NCBI RefSeq assembly: GCF_000010065.1
Contig: NC_006576.1
Span: forward strand, 2,100,001-2,132,000
Length of the DNA: 32,000 nt
Source of the DNA: Synechococcus elongatus PCC 6301
Lineage (GTDB): Bacteria > Cyanobacteriota > Cyanobacteriia > Synechococcales > Synechococcaceae
Direction of reading: 5' to 3'
The notes under the pieces were generated by a model. It searched no databases, was not told where the DNA came from, and was given only the letters and a program-made list of their open reading frames with translations. A program made the translations under genes and the position numbers. Positions 1 through 9,992 of this stretch are shown one piece after another. How positions within the stretch are numbered: position 1 is the stretch's first letter; every line of letters begins with the position of its first letter.

Positions 1-453
1 CGCTTCCTTGCGCTTCTTCATGAAGCTGGCGATCACGCTCTTGCTTTGGCCCAGCTGCGCCATCGAGAAGGAGCCGAGCTTGTTGAGGCGCATCACCTCC
101 GGCATCGAGGGGAAGACGATCGAGGCGGCAAGGCGATCGCGCACCGGTTGCACGGCGCTGACCACTTTCTCAGCTAGGTCTTCGATGAAGATCAGCGAGC
201 CGATGAAGATATCTGCATCCTGCAGATCGGCTTTAAAGGCGTCGTAGTTTTCGGGATCGCGCAGTTCTTCGATCAGGTAGCCGCTCAGTTCAACAGCAAC
301 TTGATGGGAGCCAGCATTGATCGATCGGACGGCGGCCGAGAGCGCACTCTGATACTGCGCTTCCAAGACGACGTAGACCACTTTCAGCCGCGATCGCCCG
401 TTAAGGTCCTCGGGCACGATGCGACGGATTGCGGACTTGACCTGGGTGAACAT
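1..453 (-). CDS. chlH: Magnesium-protoporphyrin IX chelatase H subunit, N-terminal part (gene continues beyond window start)
   Basis: Reverse-strand translation from ATG at 453 gives MFTQVKSAIRRIVPEDLNGRSRLKVVYVVLEAQYQSALSAAVRSINA...FSMAQLGQSKSVIASFMKKRKEA, a recognisable ChlH/BchH N-terminus. Absent from the supplied ORF track because it runs off the edge. Confidence 0.93.
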   Translation of the reverse strand, partial: MFTQVKSAIRRIVPEDLNGRSRLKVVYVVLEAQYQSALSAAVRSINAGSHQVAVELSGYLIEELRDPENYDAFKADLQDADIFIGSLIFIEDLAEKVVSAVQPVRDRLAASIVFPSMPEVMRLNKLGSFSMAQLGQSKSVIASFMKKRKEA

Positions 454-742
454 GCGCTTAGCAGCCTCCGGCGTGTTCTCGAGATGCGGGCGATCGGGTA
501 CAGGGCCGGCAAAAATACCCAATCGTGACAAATCACTCAAGATTGAGTTCTAACAGAAAATCCAGACTGGGTGGGGCCTCCCGGCGATCGCAGATACAAT
601 TTGCAATCCCTTTTGACAAGTAACTTCATAAAACTTGACAGAATGGCGATCGCTCCTTTTCCCCTAAGAGCTAAGGCGGTTTCGACCGCGCCCCGCCATT
701 TCAGGAAACAATGGCAACAGTGCAAGATTCTGTGACTGGTTT

Positions 743-1564
743 ATGGCTCACCCGATTCCTGTGGTTGTCAATGGGGCGACTGGCAAGATGGGGCGCGAAA
801 CGATCAAGGCGATCGCAGCGGCGGATGATGTGACCCTCGTGGGGGCGATCGCCCGCAGTGCGGATGTGCAGGGGCAAGACATCGGCGAGATTGTCGGGCT
901 TGGGCCGCTGGAAGTGCCGGTGACCAATGACCTTGAAGGAATGCTCTGCCTGGCTTCGCAGGAGCGGGAAGTGCCCGTTGTTGTCGATTTCACCCACCCT
1001 GACTGCATCTATGACAACGTCCGCAAGGCGATCGCCTATGGTGTGCGGCCAGTTGTGGGCACCACCGGCTTAAACAATGAGCAGTTGCAGGAACTAGCGG
1101 AGTTTGCCGAAAAAGCCAGCGTTGGCTGCTTGGTAATTCCTAACTTTTCGATTGGCATGGTGCTGCTGATGCAGGCAGCGATTCAGGCCAGCCGCTTCTA
1201 CGACCACGTCGAAATTTTGGAACTGCATCACGACCAAAAGGCGGATGCGCCCAGTGGCACGGCCATCAAAACCGCGCAGATGCTGGCAGAACTGGGCAAA
1301 ACCTTCAATCCTCCCAAGGTAACCGAGAAGGAGACGATGCCCGGCGCCCGCGGTGCTGTTGGCCCTGAAAATATCCGCATTCACAGCGTCCGTCTGCCGG
1401 GACTGATTGCCCACGAAGAGGTGATCTTTGGTGCGCCCGGTGAAATTCTGACCCTGCGTCACGACACCATGGATCGCAGTTGCTATATGCCGGGTGTGCT
1501 GTTAGCAGTGCGGAAGGTGCGGCAACTGACGGGGCTGATCTACGGCCTCGATCGCATTCCCTAA
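743..1564 (+). CDS. dapB: 4-hydroxy-tetrahydrodipicolinate reductase
   Basis: Full ORF with N-terminal NAD(P)-binding [15 protein letters not shown] and DapB motif [15 protein letters not shown]. Confidence 0.97.
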   Translation: MAHPIPVVVNGATGKMGRETIKAIAAADDVTLVGAIARSADVQGQDIGEIVGLGPLEVPVTNDLEGMLCLASQEREVPVVVDFTHPDCIYDNVRKAIAYGVRPVVGTTGLNNEQLQELAEFAEKASVGCLVIPNFSIGMVLLMQAAIQASRFYDHVEILELHHDQKADAPSGTAIKTAQMLAELGKTFNPPKVTEKETMPGARGAVGPENIRIHSVRLPGLIAHEEVIFGAPGEILTLRHDTMDRSCYMPGVLLAVRKVRQLTGLIYGLDRIP

Positions 1565-1573
1565 CGCAGGACC

Positions 1574-2257
1574 ATGCTGATTCCCATCACCGAAGCCAGT
1601 ACGAGGCAACTGATTCCTGCGATCGCGACGGGGCCGCAGTATCGCTACTGCTGGGGAAAGCCTCAGGACTTTCTGCGGCGGCTCCTGATCTCCGTGATCG
1701 TAGCGGTGGCTGCCTTGCTGGCCGAAACCCTGGCGGGGGTCTCCGGGGAAATTGCCCTCGTCGTCGGCATTCTGGGCGGCTTCTTTTGGTGGTGGGCACC
1801 GATCGCGATCGCTGCTCAACGCAACTACCGCCTGCGCCGCTATCGCTATGCCGCCTTTTGGGAGGGGGAGATCGTTGATCTTTACCGCAGCCAAGCCCGC
1901 ATTGGTACAGAGGAAACGGTCAATTCCCAGGGGCGGTTGGTGCTGATTGACAAGGTCGAAACTCGCGTCAATCTGGAGCTGCTGGACGAGAACGACTTTG
2001 AGCTGCGGCTACAGGTCCCGATCAAAAACGACTACAAGAAATTGCGACGGGGGCAACTAGTGCAGTTGCTCCTGTTTTCCAACGATCCGCAGCTGGCCAA
2101 GCTGGAAGCCTACAGCGACGCCTACGTGCCCGCCTTGGATCTCTGGGTGAGTGACTACCCCTATCTGAGCCGCGAAGCCTTCAAATTCACCAGTGCCCGA
2201 CTCATTTCCGAAACTGAGGCAGCTCGCTATGATGACCGGGGTCGCGGACGCCGCTAG
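1574..2257 (+). CDS. Conserved cyanobacterial membrane-anchored protein of unknown function
   Basis: 227-aa ORF starting 9 bp after dapB, two hydrophobic segments (RRLLISVIVAVAALLAE..., IALVVGILGGFFWWWAPIAIAA) followed by a soluble region. Confidence 0.75.
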   Translation: MLIPITEASTRQLIPAIATGPQYRYCWGKPQDFLRRLLISVIVAVAALLAETLAGVSGEIALVVGILGGFFWWWAPIAIAAQRNYRLRRYRYAAFWEGEIVDLYRSQARIGTEETVNSQGRLVLIDKVETRVNLELLDENDFELRLQVPIKNDYKKLRRGQLVQLLLFSNDPQLAKLEAYSDAYVPALDLWVSDYPYLSREAFKFTSARLISETEAARYDDRGRGRR

Positions 2258-2321
2258 GGAACTGAACCCCGGCGAAGTGCATCATGGCCTTTGATAACTG
2301 TTCTCAATAGGAGAAAGAGGC

Positions 2322-3371
2322 GTGAGTAAACGCTGGCTAGCCCGGAGCGCTGCTGTGGCGATCGCCTGTCTACCGGCGCTGATCAGCCTCGAAGCAATCT
2401 CCACCCAACCAGCGATCGCCCAGGCGGCAGTCAACAATTTGCGCAGCATCGATGCGGATGCAGAAGGTCAACTCATCTTTCGCACGGATGCACCGCCGCG
2501 CTTTGAATGGACGCCAGACCTCGGTGGTAACTATCAGCTGACGCTCTTTGATACCCAGCTTCCCCTGAACTTTCGGACTCTGCCGCCGCCCTTGAGCTTG
2601 GCGCGCTTTGAAATCAATCGTCAGGGAAATAACATTGTCATCCGCCTGCGGACGCGCCCCGGTAGTCGTTTAGAACCGCCGGTGATGACAGCAGCAGGTC
2701 TACTGGGGCTGATGCTACCGAAAGCGAGCCTGCCGGCCCTAACGACGGCACCGCCTCGCCTGACGCCGCTGGTGCCCAACCTAAACCCGATTCCTCAGCC
2801 CTCTGTAGTCGGACTGCCGCCCCTGACGCGACCGGCAGTGATTGTGATCGATCCCGGCCATGGCGGGCGCGATCCCGGCGCGATCGGGATTGGTGGCATC
2901 CGTGAGACGGATATCGTGCTCGATATCTCTACTCAGGTCACCCGACTGCTCCAAGCGCAGGGGGCACAGGTGGTGATGACGCGGCAAGACGATCGTGAGG
3001 TTGATTTAGCCCCGCGCGTGGCGATCGCTCAGCGAGCACGAGCAACGGTCTTCGTCAGCATCCACGCCAATGCTCTCAGCATGAGTCGGCCAGACGTCAA
3101 CGGCATCGAGACCTACTTCTTCTCGGCAGCCAGTCGACCACTCGCCCAGGCCATCCAAGACCGGATGATGCAGTTCTTCCCCGACATGCGCAATCGTGGT
3201 GTCAAGCAAGCGCGTTTCTACGTCATTCGCCAGACAACGATGCCCTCAAGTTTAGTGGAAGTGGGATTTGTGACGGGGGCTGAGGATGCGCCTCGCCTCG
3301 CGGATCCCACGTTTCGCGCCCAGATGTCCCAAGCCATCGCGGCCGGCATTCTCGACTTCCTCAATCGCTGA
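2322..3371 (+). CDS. N-acetylmuramoyl-L-alanine amidase (Amidase_3/AmiC type) with N-terminal AMIN-like domain
   Basis: GTG start, signal peptide, C-terminal VIVIDPGHGGRDPGAIG...ETDIVLDI...SIHANA...GFVTG motifs typical of Amidase_3. Confidence 0.93.
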   Translation: MSKRWLARSAAVAIACLPALISLEAISTQPAIAQAAVNNLRSIDADAEGQLIFRTDAPPRFEWTPDLGGNYQLTLFDTQLPLNFRTLPPPLSLARFEINRQGNNIVIRLRTRPGSRLEPPVMTAAGLLGLMLPKASLPALTTAPPRLTPLVPNLNPIPQPSVVGLPPLTRPAVIVIDPGHGGRDPGAIGIGGIRETDIVLDISTQVTRLLQAQGAQVVMTRQDDREVDLAPRVAIAQRARATVFVSIHANALSMSRPDVNGIETYFFSAASRPLAQAIQDRMMQFFPDMRNRGVKQARFYVIRQTTMPSSLVEVGFVTGAEDAPRLADPTFRAQMSQAIAAGILDFLNR

Positions 3372-3499
3372 AGCTAGGTCTGGTGCTGAACTGGGCGATC
3401 GCTCGACACCAGGCTCATGAAGCAGAGCGGAGAATGGAGTAGTTCTTCTGCCTGCGATCGCGATCGCCGTCGGTAGGCTGGGAGCTGGTTGTCGTCCCT

Positions 3500-4060
3500 T
3501 TGCTAACCATGACCTCGCCGCAACTCTTGGCTTCCCTCGTGCCTTGGGATTTGATGTTTTCGACCCAGGGAATCATGATCGGGCTGTTGGCGGCCTATGC
3601 CGGGGCACTCTGGCTCTTCCTGAGCAGTACGCCCAAGGTTCACACTGTTCTGGTCTCGGACCTAGCCCAAGCGCAGATTTTCTATGAGCGGGTGCTGGGG
3701 CTGGTGGCAGCGGATGTGCCGCTGAATTACTACTACAACACCGAACAAGGCCTGGCTGGTTTGGGGTACGACGGATCTCTCGGCATCGCCGCCCCGTCCC
3801 GTTTGGGTCGCGATCGCCCGCAGGATGGGCTATGGTATCGCCTCAAGCGTAAAACCCAGCTGCATGTGGTCGCTGGGGCGAATCCTGGCGATCACCAACG
3901 CCTGCGGCAGGTGTCCTTCGATCGCGATGGTCTGCAGCAGATCCTCAGCCGCATTCAAGCTCAAGGGTTGCCCTTCAAGCTCAAACGACAACTACCCCTC
4001 CTCTTTCTGGTCAAGGACTGGGAAGGGCAGGTGATCGAGTTCGAAGAGCTAGAGGTCTAG
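3500..4060 (+). CDS. Glyoxalase/bleomycin-resistance-like protein with N-terminal hydrophobic segment
   Basis: 186-aa ORF with KVHTVLVSDLAQAQIFYERVLGL, typical of the VOC/glyoxalase fold. Confidence 0.65.
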   Translation: MLTMTSPQLLASLVPWDLMFSTQGIMIGLLAAYAGALWLFLSSTPKVHTVLVSDLAQAQIFYERVLGLVAADVPLNYYYNTEQGLAGLGYDGSLGIAAPSRLGRDRPQDGLWYRLKRKTQLHVVAGANPGDHQRLRQVSFDRDGLQQILSRIQAQGLPFKLKRQLPLLFLVKDWEGQVIEFEELEV

Positions 4061-4062
4061 CG

Positions 4063-5481
4063 CTAGAGCAGGTGTGATTCCGCCACTTGCACGAGATGGG
4101 TGGTCCAATGTTCAACCTGCTGGGCTTCCTCGGCTTCCACCATGATCCGCAGCAACGGTTCCGTGCCGGAGGCGCGTACCAAAACGCGGCCGCGATCGCC
4201 CATATCGGTCTCTGCCGCTGCGATCGCTTGGGTCAGAGCCGCGCAGTTCTGCCAGTTGCAACGGCGATCGCGATCTTCCACGCGCACATTGCGCAGCAGT
4301 TGCGGATAGGGTCGGAAACTCTGGTCAACCAAGTCAGCAAGAGAAACTCCACTAGCTTGCACTAAGGCTGCAACATGGGCAGCTGTCAAAGTGCCATCCC
4401 CCGTCAATGCGTAGTGACGGCAAAGGATATGCCCGGACTGTTCGCCGCCTAGCATCGCCCCGCGAGCCTGCATTTCCGCTTGCACATACTGATCACCGAC
4501 AGCGGTGCGGACAAATTCGCCACCCACGGCTTGCCAAGCTCGCTCAAAGCCCAGATTAGCCATCACTGTCGTCACAATTGCCTGACCCGGAAGCTGCTGT
4601 TGCTGCTCCAGTTCCCGTCCCCAGAGGAAGAGGATGTGGTCGCCATCGACGCTACGGCCCCGTCCATCGACGGCCAAAACGCGATCGGCGTCGCCATCAA
4701 AGGCAAAACCCATGTCTGCGCCCTGCTCAAGGACAGCGGCTTGTAGCCGTGCCAGATGAGTCGAGCCGCAGTTGACGTTGATCTGATTACCATCTGGCAG
4801 GTCATGCAGGGCGATCACCTCAGCGCCGAGTTCCCGGAACAGTCGAGGAGCGAGTAGGGCGGCAGCCCCCCAAGCGAGGTCAAGGACAATCTTGAGCCCT
4901 TGCAGGTTGGCTCGCTGTCCCAAGGATTGAGCGATCGCCGCTTGGTAGTGATCCGCGAGTTGGGGCTGGTAGTAATGTTGCCCCCAAGTCGTCGCTGGCA
5001 GGCTGGTTTGCTGACCGCGCAGGCCCGCTTCGATCGCGGCTTGGAGCTGGCGATCGAGTTTGCTGCCATCGGCCCCGAACACCTTGATGCCGTTATCGCC
5101 GGGTGGATTGTGGCTGGCGGAAATCATCACCCCGCCGATCGCTTCACTGTGGTGGGTCAGGTAGGCGACACCGGGCGTGGGACACAGGCCGAGGTGCAGC
5201 ACTTCCACACCCGCGGCGGCCAGCCCTGAAGAGAGCGCCATCGCCAGCATGTTGCTGGAATTACGCGAATCTTGGCCGACGACGACTGGCCCACGATCGC
5301 CCCCAGCTTGCCGCAGCACCTGTCCAGTCCAGAAGCCGACCTGCTGAGCCAGTGGCGCTGTCAAATGCTCACCGACGCGACCGCGAATGCCATCGGTTCC
5401 AAACAGCGGAACCTGCTCAGCGATCGCTGCGATCCAAGGAGTAACTTCAATCGCTGTCTCCCAACGTGTCGCTGAGACCAT
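4063..5481 (-). CDS. glmM: Phosphoglucosamine mutase
   Basis: [13 protein letters not shown], active-site [43 protein letters not shown]. Likely start is ATG at 5481 (MVSATRWE...) rather than the track's 5511. Confidence 0.96.
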   Translation of the reverse strand: MVSATRWETAIEVTPWIAAIAEQVPLFGTDGIRGRVGEHLTAPLAQQVGFWTGQVLRQAGGDRGPVVVGQDSRNSSNMLAMALSSGLAAAGVEVLHLGLCPTPGVAYLTHHSEAIGGVMISASHNPPGDNGIKVFGADGSKLDRQLQAAIEAGLRGQQTSLPATTWGQHYYQPQLADHYQAAIAQSLGQRANLQGLKIVLDLAWGAAALLAPRLFRELGAEVIALHDLPDGNQINVNCGSTHLARLQAAVLEQGADMGFAFDGDADRVLAVDGRGRSVDGDHILFLWGRELEQQQQLPGQAIVTTVMANLGFERAWQAVGGEFVRTAVGDQYVQAEMQARGAMLGGEQSGHILCRHYALTGDGTLTAAHVAALVQASGVSLADLVDQSFRPYPQLLRNVRVEDRDRRCNWQNCAALTQAIAAAETDMGDRGRVLVRASGTEPLLRIMVEAEEAQQVEHWTTHLVQVAESHLL

Positions 5482-5535
5482 TCCACACACCTTTGCAGTT
5501 GGACAAAACAAGAGGATCGGAATCCTGAGGCCGGG

Positions 5536-5715
5536 TTAACGCCAGCGTCGGGGGGCGTAGAGTGCTTGCAATCCAAGAACTGCAGAGCTTAACAAGAGTA
5601 GCCAGAGGATAGCGCCTGGCAGGAAGCCTAGCCAGCCCAGACCTCGCACAATCCAGACAAGAGCTGTGACAGCCAGACTAATCCCAAACCAACGATAGCG
5701 ACGACGGCTGACCAT
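5536..5715 (-). CDS. Small (59 aa) basic membrane protein, hypothetical
   Basis: Reverse-strand ORF MVSRRRYRWFGISLAVTALVWIVRGLGWLGFLPGAILWLLLLSSAVLGLQALYAPRRWR*, two hydrophobic segments flanked by Arg clusters; below the ORF-track length cutoff. Confidence 0.6.
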   Translation of the reverse strand: MVSRRRYRWFGISLAVTALVWIVRGLGWLGFLPGAILWLLLLSSAVLGLQALYAPRRWR

Positions 5716-5774
5716 AGAGATGGGTGAAGAGAACCCGCAGAAGATTCTAGCGGTTGCAGTGTTACCCTAGGCCG

Positions 5775-7847
5775 ATGTCTGCTCCTTCTTCCCCTTCGAC
5801 ATCCCAGACTCGGCCCCCAGCCCGATCGCTCTGGCGCCGGCGGCGTACCTGGTTTTTGGTCGGTGGAGGTGGCCTTGGAGCGGCAGCAGTCGTTGTCTTG
5901 TTGGGGATTTGGTGGCGATCGCCCACCCCGGAAGCTGCGATCGCGCTGCGTCAGTCGGATTTTGCAGAGCTACGCTGGCAATCGCGCTTTGCCATGGATG
6001 CCGCCACTCGTCAGCGGGCTCGTTTTCTCTACGCCCTGGCGATCGCCCCAGATCAGCCCCAAGCGGCCCTGCAAGCCCTGCAAGGACTAGAACGCTCCTA
6101 TCCGCTGCTGGGTCCCTACATCCTCAAACTCCGTGCCCAAGTTCAGACGCAACTGGGCCAAGACCCCCGCGAAACCTGGCGGCAACTGCTCAATACCTAT
6201 CCCGAGAGTCCTGTGCAGGCAGAGGCTGTCCTGGCCTTGGGACAGTGGGATCTCGCCCCAGCAACGATCCAGCGCTGGCCTCGCTATCCAGCCAGCAATG
6301 AGTTGGCGCGTCAGTTGGCGAAACGGCAGCCCGCAGAAGCAAAACGGTGGTTGCTGCAGATTGCCCAATTCGGTCGCTATCGCTTTGATATCGATGCCGT
6401 ACTGTCGGAATTGCAAGCTCTGCCCAATCTGACTGCCCGTGATCGCCAACAAATTGCTGATGCCTATTGGCAACGCGATGACTATGCAACGGCAGCAGAC
6501 CTCTACGCGCGATCGCCCCAGACCGATGAAACCCTTTATCGGCAAGCGCGCAGTCTCGACCTGACCAGTCAACCTGAGGTGGCGCGGACCCTCTACCAAC
6601 AGCTGCTCCAGCGTTTCCCTCAGTCCCCTGAACGGGAGCGGGCTTTAGTCCATCTCGTGCGCTTGGACCCAGCCAATCGCGATCGCTATTTGCAACTGCT
6701 AGAGCGGCAATTTGCTCTTAGTCTGCCCGAGGCCCTGGGCCTAGCAGCCGCCACTGAACCGCGTTACCGCCCGATTTTGCTGCAACGGTTTCCCGCCTCA
6801 CCTGAAGCGGCTGCCCTGCGTTGGCAACAGGCTTGGCAGCAAGCCGAGGCTGGCAATCTACCCCAAGCGATCGCCCTGGTGACTCAAACCCGCGATCGCA
6901 GCCCCACCATCGAAGCGGCAGCCCAAGCAGGCTTTTGGTTAGGTCGTTGGCAGACTCAGCTGGGGCAAACTGACGCGGCTCAAGCAGCTTGGCAATGGGT
7001 ACTTCAGCAGCATCCCGATTCCTACTACGCCTGGCGATCAGCGGCGGCACTGGGTTGGCCGGTTGGGGATTTTTCCCAAGTTCAAGCGCAACAACCGGCT
7101 TGGCCGCAAGCCCAATCTCCCCAAGCGTTACCCGCGGGTTCTGCTGTTCTGAAAGAGCTCTATGCCCTCGGCCAGACGGAAGATGCTTGGCGGCTCTGGC
7201 AACAGGAAGGCCCTAGCCGCGATCCCAGCCCCAGCGATCGCTTTATCTCCGCTCTGCTGGAGGCCAGCATCAGCCGCTACGATCGCGCCGCGAGTCTCCT
7301 CAAAGGTCTGCCGATCGATAGCCCGTTGCGGCAGCGATCGGATTTTGTCAGCACCCTGTATCCAGTAGTTTTCAAAGAGGAAATTACAGCAGCAACCCAG
7401 CGCGATCGCCTCAATCCGCTGTTGGTATTAGGTCTGATTCGCCAAGAGTCGCGCTTTTTGCCAGGAGCGACATCAGTCGTTGGGGCGCGAGGCTTGATGC
7501 AGTTGATGCCAGAAACGGCCGCTGAAGTGGCGGCAGAACTGGGGCTTCAGCAATACGATTTGGGCGATCCTCAGACCAATATCCAGTTGGGTAGTCGCTA
7601 TCTTCGCAATGTCTTGGACTATTGGCGCGAGGACAGTCTCTTTGCGATCGCTAGCTACAATGCTGGCCCCGGTAATGTCGAAAATTGGGTGCGTCGCTTT
7701 GGCCGTAGAGATCGCGATCGCTGGTTAGAGCAGATTCCTTTCCCTGAAACGCGCGATTACGTCGAGAAAGTCCTCAGTAACTATTGGAACTATCTGCGTC
7801 AGAGCGATCGCAGCTTAGAGCAGCGTTTACAACAACTAGACCGTTAA
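5775..7847 (+). CDS. Soluble lytic murein transglycosylase (Slt family, TPR-rich)
   Basis: C-terminal RQESRFLPGATSVVGARGLMQLMPETA...NIQLGSRYL...ASYNAGPGNVENW, repeated TPR-like segments. The ORF opens at 5754; 5775 (MSAPSSPS) is a plausible alternative start. Confidence 0.93.
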   Translation: MSAPSSPSTSQTRPPARSLWRRRRTWFLVGGGGLGAAAVVVLLGIWWRSPTPEAAIALRQSDFAELRWQSRFAMDAATRQRARFLYALAIAPDQPQAALQALQGLERSYPLLGPYILKLRAQVQTQLGQDPRETWRQLLNTYPESPVQAEAVLALGQWDLAPATIQRWPRYPASNELARQLAKRQPAEAKRWLLQIAQFGRYRFDIDAVLSELQALPNLTARDRQQIADAYWQRDDYATAADLYARSPQTDETLYRQARSLDLTSQPEVARTLYQQLLQRFPQSPERERALVHLVRLDPANRDRYLQLLERQFALSLPEALGLAAATEPRYRPILLQRFPASPEAAALRWQQAWQQAEAGNLPQAIALVTQTRDRSPTIEAAAQAGFWLGRWQTQLGQTDAAQAAWQWVLQQHPDSYYAWRSAAALGWPVGDFSQVQAQQPAWPQAQSPQALPAGSAVLKELYALGQTEDAWRLWQQEGPSRDPSPSDRFISALLEASISRYDRAASLLKGLPIDSPLRQRSDFVSTLYPVVFKEEITAATQRDRLNPLLVLGLIRQESRFLPGATSVVGARGLMQLMPETAAEVAAELGLQQYDLGDPQTNIQLGSRYLRNVLDYWREDSLFAIASYNAGPGNVENWVRRFGRRDRDRWLEQIPFPETRDYVEKVLSNYWNYLRQSDRSLEQRLQQLDR

Positions 7848-7879
7848 TCTCAAGCTTGCGGAGACAGTCACCTAGTCGG

Positions 7880-8464
7880 TTAATTCAGGCGCGACTGACT
7901 CAGAATCAAAGGCTCCTTGGACGGATGAGCGAACTGAGCCGAGGATTCTATGGGCTGAGAGCGCGTCTGCGATCGCTCGGGCATGACAACATCTGATTGA
8001 TGCCAAGTATGGGCGGTAATCCCGAGGCTGCAACCAATGACTGCTGCCAACAGCAGTGACAGCCAAGATTGCCGCGTTGAGTAAGCGCGAATTTGCAAGT
8101 CGAGACGGGCGATCGCAATCACCGTGCCCAGCACCAGCAGAGTAGCCAGTGCATTGATATGGGTCAGGATCAAGACCGTAAAAACACTGGCAAAAACCAT
8201 AAAGATAAAGGAAAAAAGACTGGAATCAAACCAACTTAAAACCCGTGAATTAATAAAGCTGCGTGGAACCGTACAAAGGCTAATAATAATCAAGTTGACA
8301 ATAATAATAAAAGGCCAGAAGAGGATTGGAAATTGCCGAAAAAATGGCATTCTCTCGAGGTTTTCGAGGAGGCTATGCCAATACCAACCAAAGGCAATAT
8401 AAGTAAAAATAACCAGCCACCAAGCTGGAATAAAGAGGGCATTTTTATGAGAAGCGGAGGCCAT
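7880..8464 (-). CDS. Hypothetical multi-pass membrane protein encoded by locally AT-rich DNA
   Basis: ORF with several hydrophobic segments (IPAWWLVIFTYIAFGWYW, FPILFWPFIIIVNLIIISL, FSFIFMVFASVFTVLIL, WLSLLLAAVIGCSLGI). Likely start MASASHKN at 8464, just after the upstream ferredoxin gene. Confidence 0.65.
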   Translation of the reverse strand: MASASHKNALFIPAWWLVIFTYIAFGWYWHSLLENLERMPFFRQFPILFWPFIIIVNLIIISLCTVPRSFINSRVLSWFDSSLFSFIFMVFASVFTVLILTHINALATLLVLGTVIAIARLDLQIRAYSTRQSWLSLLLAAVIGCSLGITAHTWHQSDVVMPERSQTRSQPIESSAQFAHPSKEPLILSQSRLN

Positions 8465-8471
8465 AGTTCGG

Positions 8472-8876
8472 TTACAAGTTAGTGGCGATCGCCTGTACCG
8501 GACAGGTGGGAATGCACTGTTCACAGACACTACAGCGCGGCCGATCGAACTGAAGCTGAAAGCTCTTGGGGTCAAGTCGCAGAGCGCCAGTTGGGCAAAC
8601 CCCTGTACAAAGGCCGCAATCGACGCAGCGATCGCGATCGATCACAATCTCAGCAGTGGTGAGCGAGACATTAATATCTTGCATCCCCATCCAGTCGATC
8701 GCGGCTTCTAGCGCATCGATATCGCCGGATAGCTCGACTACCAGTTTGCCGCTTTGGTTAGGCGTGATCTGGGCGCGAATAATATTGGCTGCCACATTAA
8801 ATTCAGTCGCTAGCCGATAGGTAATCGGCATTTGGACAATCCGTCGTGGAAACGTGAGGGTCACGCGCTTCTTCAT
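8472..8876 (-). CDS. 4Fe-4S ferredoxin with N-terminal NIL domain
   Basis: N-terminal NIL-like region then CVDCGLCTGVCPTGAL and CSVCEQCIPTCPVQAI, two 4Fe-4S motifs. Confidence 0.92.
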   Translation of the reverse strand: MKKRVTLTFPRRIVQMPITYRLATEFNVAANIIRAQITPNQSGKLVVELSGDIDALEAAIDWMGMQDINVSLTTAEIVIDRDRCVDCGLCTGVCPTGALRLDPKSFQLQFDRPRCSVCEQCIPTCPVQAIATNL

Positions 8877-8948
8877 GGCTGCGGTCCCACTGCCTCAGAC
8901 TCCTCGGCTTCGATAAACTGGGACTGTTCCGGCCACCCTTGAGGCAGC

Positions 8949-9524
8949 ATGACTGCGGATAATTCTGTACCCAGCCGTCTTCGCAACATCTTGGTGATTG
9001 CCGCAGCACTCGTACTCACCATCCTAGTGGTGCTGGGGTCTCGTCAGCCATCAGCCGCTGCATCGCTAGCAAGTTTGGCCGAGCAAGCTACGCCCTACGA
9101 AGTTGCGATCGCTAACGATCGCCCCATGCTGCTGGAGTTCTACGCCGACTGGTGTACCAGTTGCCAAGCCATGGCTGGCCGCATTGCGGCTCTCAAACAG
9201 GACTACAGCGATCGCCTCGACTTTGTCATGCTCAACATCGACAACGACAAATGGCTGCCTGAGGTTTTGGACTACAACGTCGATGGCATTCCGCAGTTTG
9301 TCTATCTCAACGGTCAAGGCCAGCCCCAAGGCATCAGTATTGGTGAGCTACCGCGTTCAGTCCTAGCAGCAAACCTCGACGCGCTGGTCGAAGCCCAGCC
9401 TCTGCCCTACACCAACGCTCGAGGCAACCTTTCAGAATTCTCAGCGGATCTGCAACCTAGCCGTTCCAGCCAAACTGACCCGCGTAGCCACAGCGGTCAA
9501 GTCCAAGACGGTGTTCTAGATTAG
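8949..9524 (+). CDS. txlA: Thioredoxin-like membrane-anchored protein TxlA (HCF164-like)
   Basis: N-terminal TM, thioredoxin fold with LLEFYADWCTSCQAMA and VDGIPQFVYL. Matches recalled TxlA of S. elongatus PCC 7942. Confidence 0.92.
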   Translation: MTADNSVPSRLRNILVIAAALVLTILVVLGSRQPSAAASLASLAEQATPYEVAIANDRPMLLEFYADWCTSCQAMAGRIAALKQDYSDRLDFVMLNIDNDKWLPEVLDYNVDGIPQFVYLNGQGQPQGISIGELPRSVLAANLDALVEAQPLPYTNARGNLSEFSADLQPSRSSQTDPRSHSGQVQDGVLD

Positions 9525-9683
9525 AGCCTTGCTCACAATTGATCAATGGCGAGCGATCGCAGTCGTGGAACTTGAGGTATCTAGACTCGATTCGTGCCCT
9601 CGTTGGCAAAACTGGGGCTGCCCGGAAGTTCAACAGCTCATCGCTGAGTCAACAACGCTTCGCGGGCAAGTCTTGCACACGGT

Positions 9684-9863
9684 CTAACTTCCTTGGCGAA
9701 TCATGCCTTTGAAGATGTTCTCGTGTGCCATCTTCTGGCGAACCACTTCGATGAACAGATCTTCGAGGTCTTCCCGTGAGATGTCACGCACCTGCTGACG
9801 GTACTTCTGCAGATCAAACTGCTGTTCAACACTGAGGGAAAAGTCGGGGAGAGGGGGGAGCAT
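9684..9863 (-). CDS. nblA: Phycobilisome degradation protein NblA
   Basis: 59-aa MLPPLPDFSLSVEQQFDLQKYRQQVRDISREDLEDLFIEVVRQKMAHENIFKGMIRQGS, a canonical NblA. The start at 9863 is internal to the track ORF. Confidence 0.96.
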   Translation of the reverse strand: MLPPLPDFSLSVEQQFDLQKYRQQVRDISREDLEDLFIEVVRQKMAHENIFKGMIRQGS

Positions 9864-9931
9864 GGGAGCCTCCGGCACTGCAGATGAACAAGCTGTCTCA
9901 GACAGCAACTGTTTCAGAGTCTTTCTGAATT

Positions 9932-9946
9932 GTTACACAAGGTAAC
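9932..9946. promoter_or_regulatory. Perfect 5-bp inverted repeat upstream of nblA (GTTAC-ACAAG-GTAAC), candidate regulator site
   Basis: Sequence gttacacaaggtaac, about 70 bp upstream of the nblA start codon. Confidence 0.4.
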
Positions 9947-9992
9947 TATGGCTTGACGAGCCGTCAATACTGCTATCTCGAATCTTATCTGT

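Noticed and set aside
613-640. Two TTGACA hexamers (613-618 and 635-640) 22 bp apart upstream of dapB
   Set aside because: No convincing -10 box at proper spacing could be found for either; may be coincidental.
537-725. 62-aa - strand ORF between chlH and dapB
   Set aside because: No recognisable motif, Cys-rich random-looking N-terminus, no clear SD; likely regulatory/intergenic DNA.
4087-5475. Several + strand ORFs (4087..4365, 4480..4746, 4900..5229, 5103..5444)
   Set aside because: All are antisense to glmM, which has unambiguous conserved motifs; typical shadow ORFs of GC-rich coding DNA.
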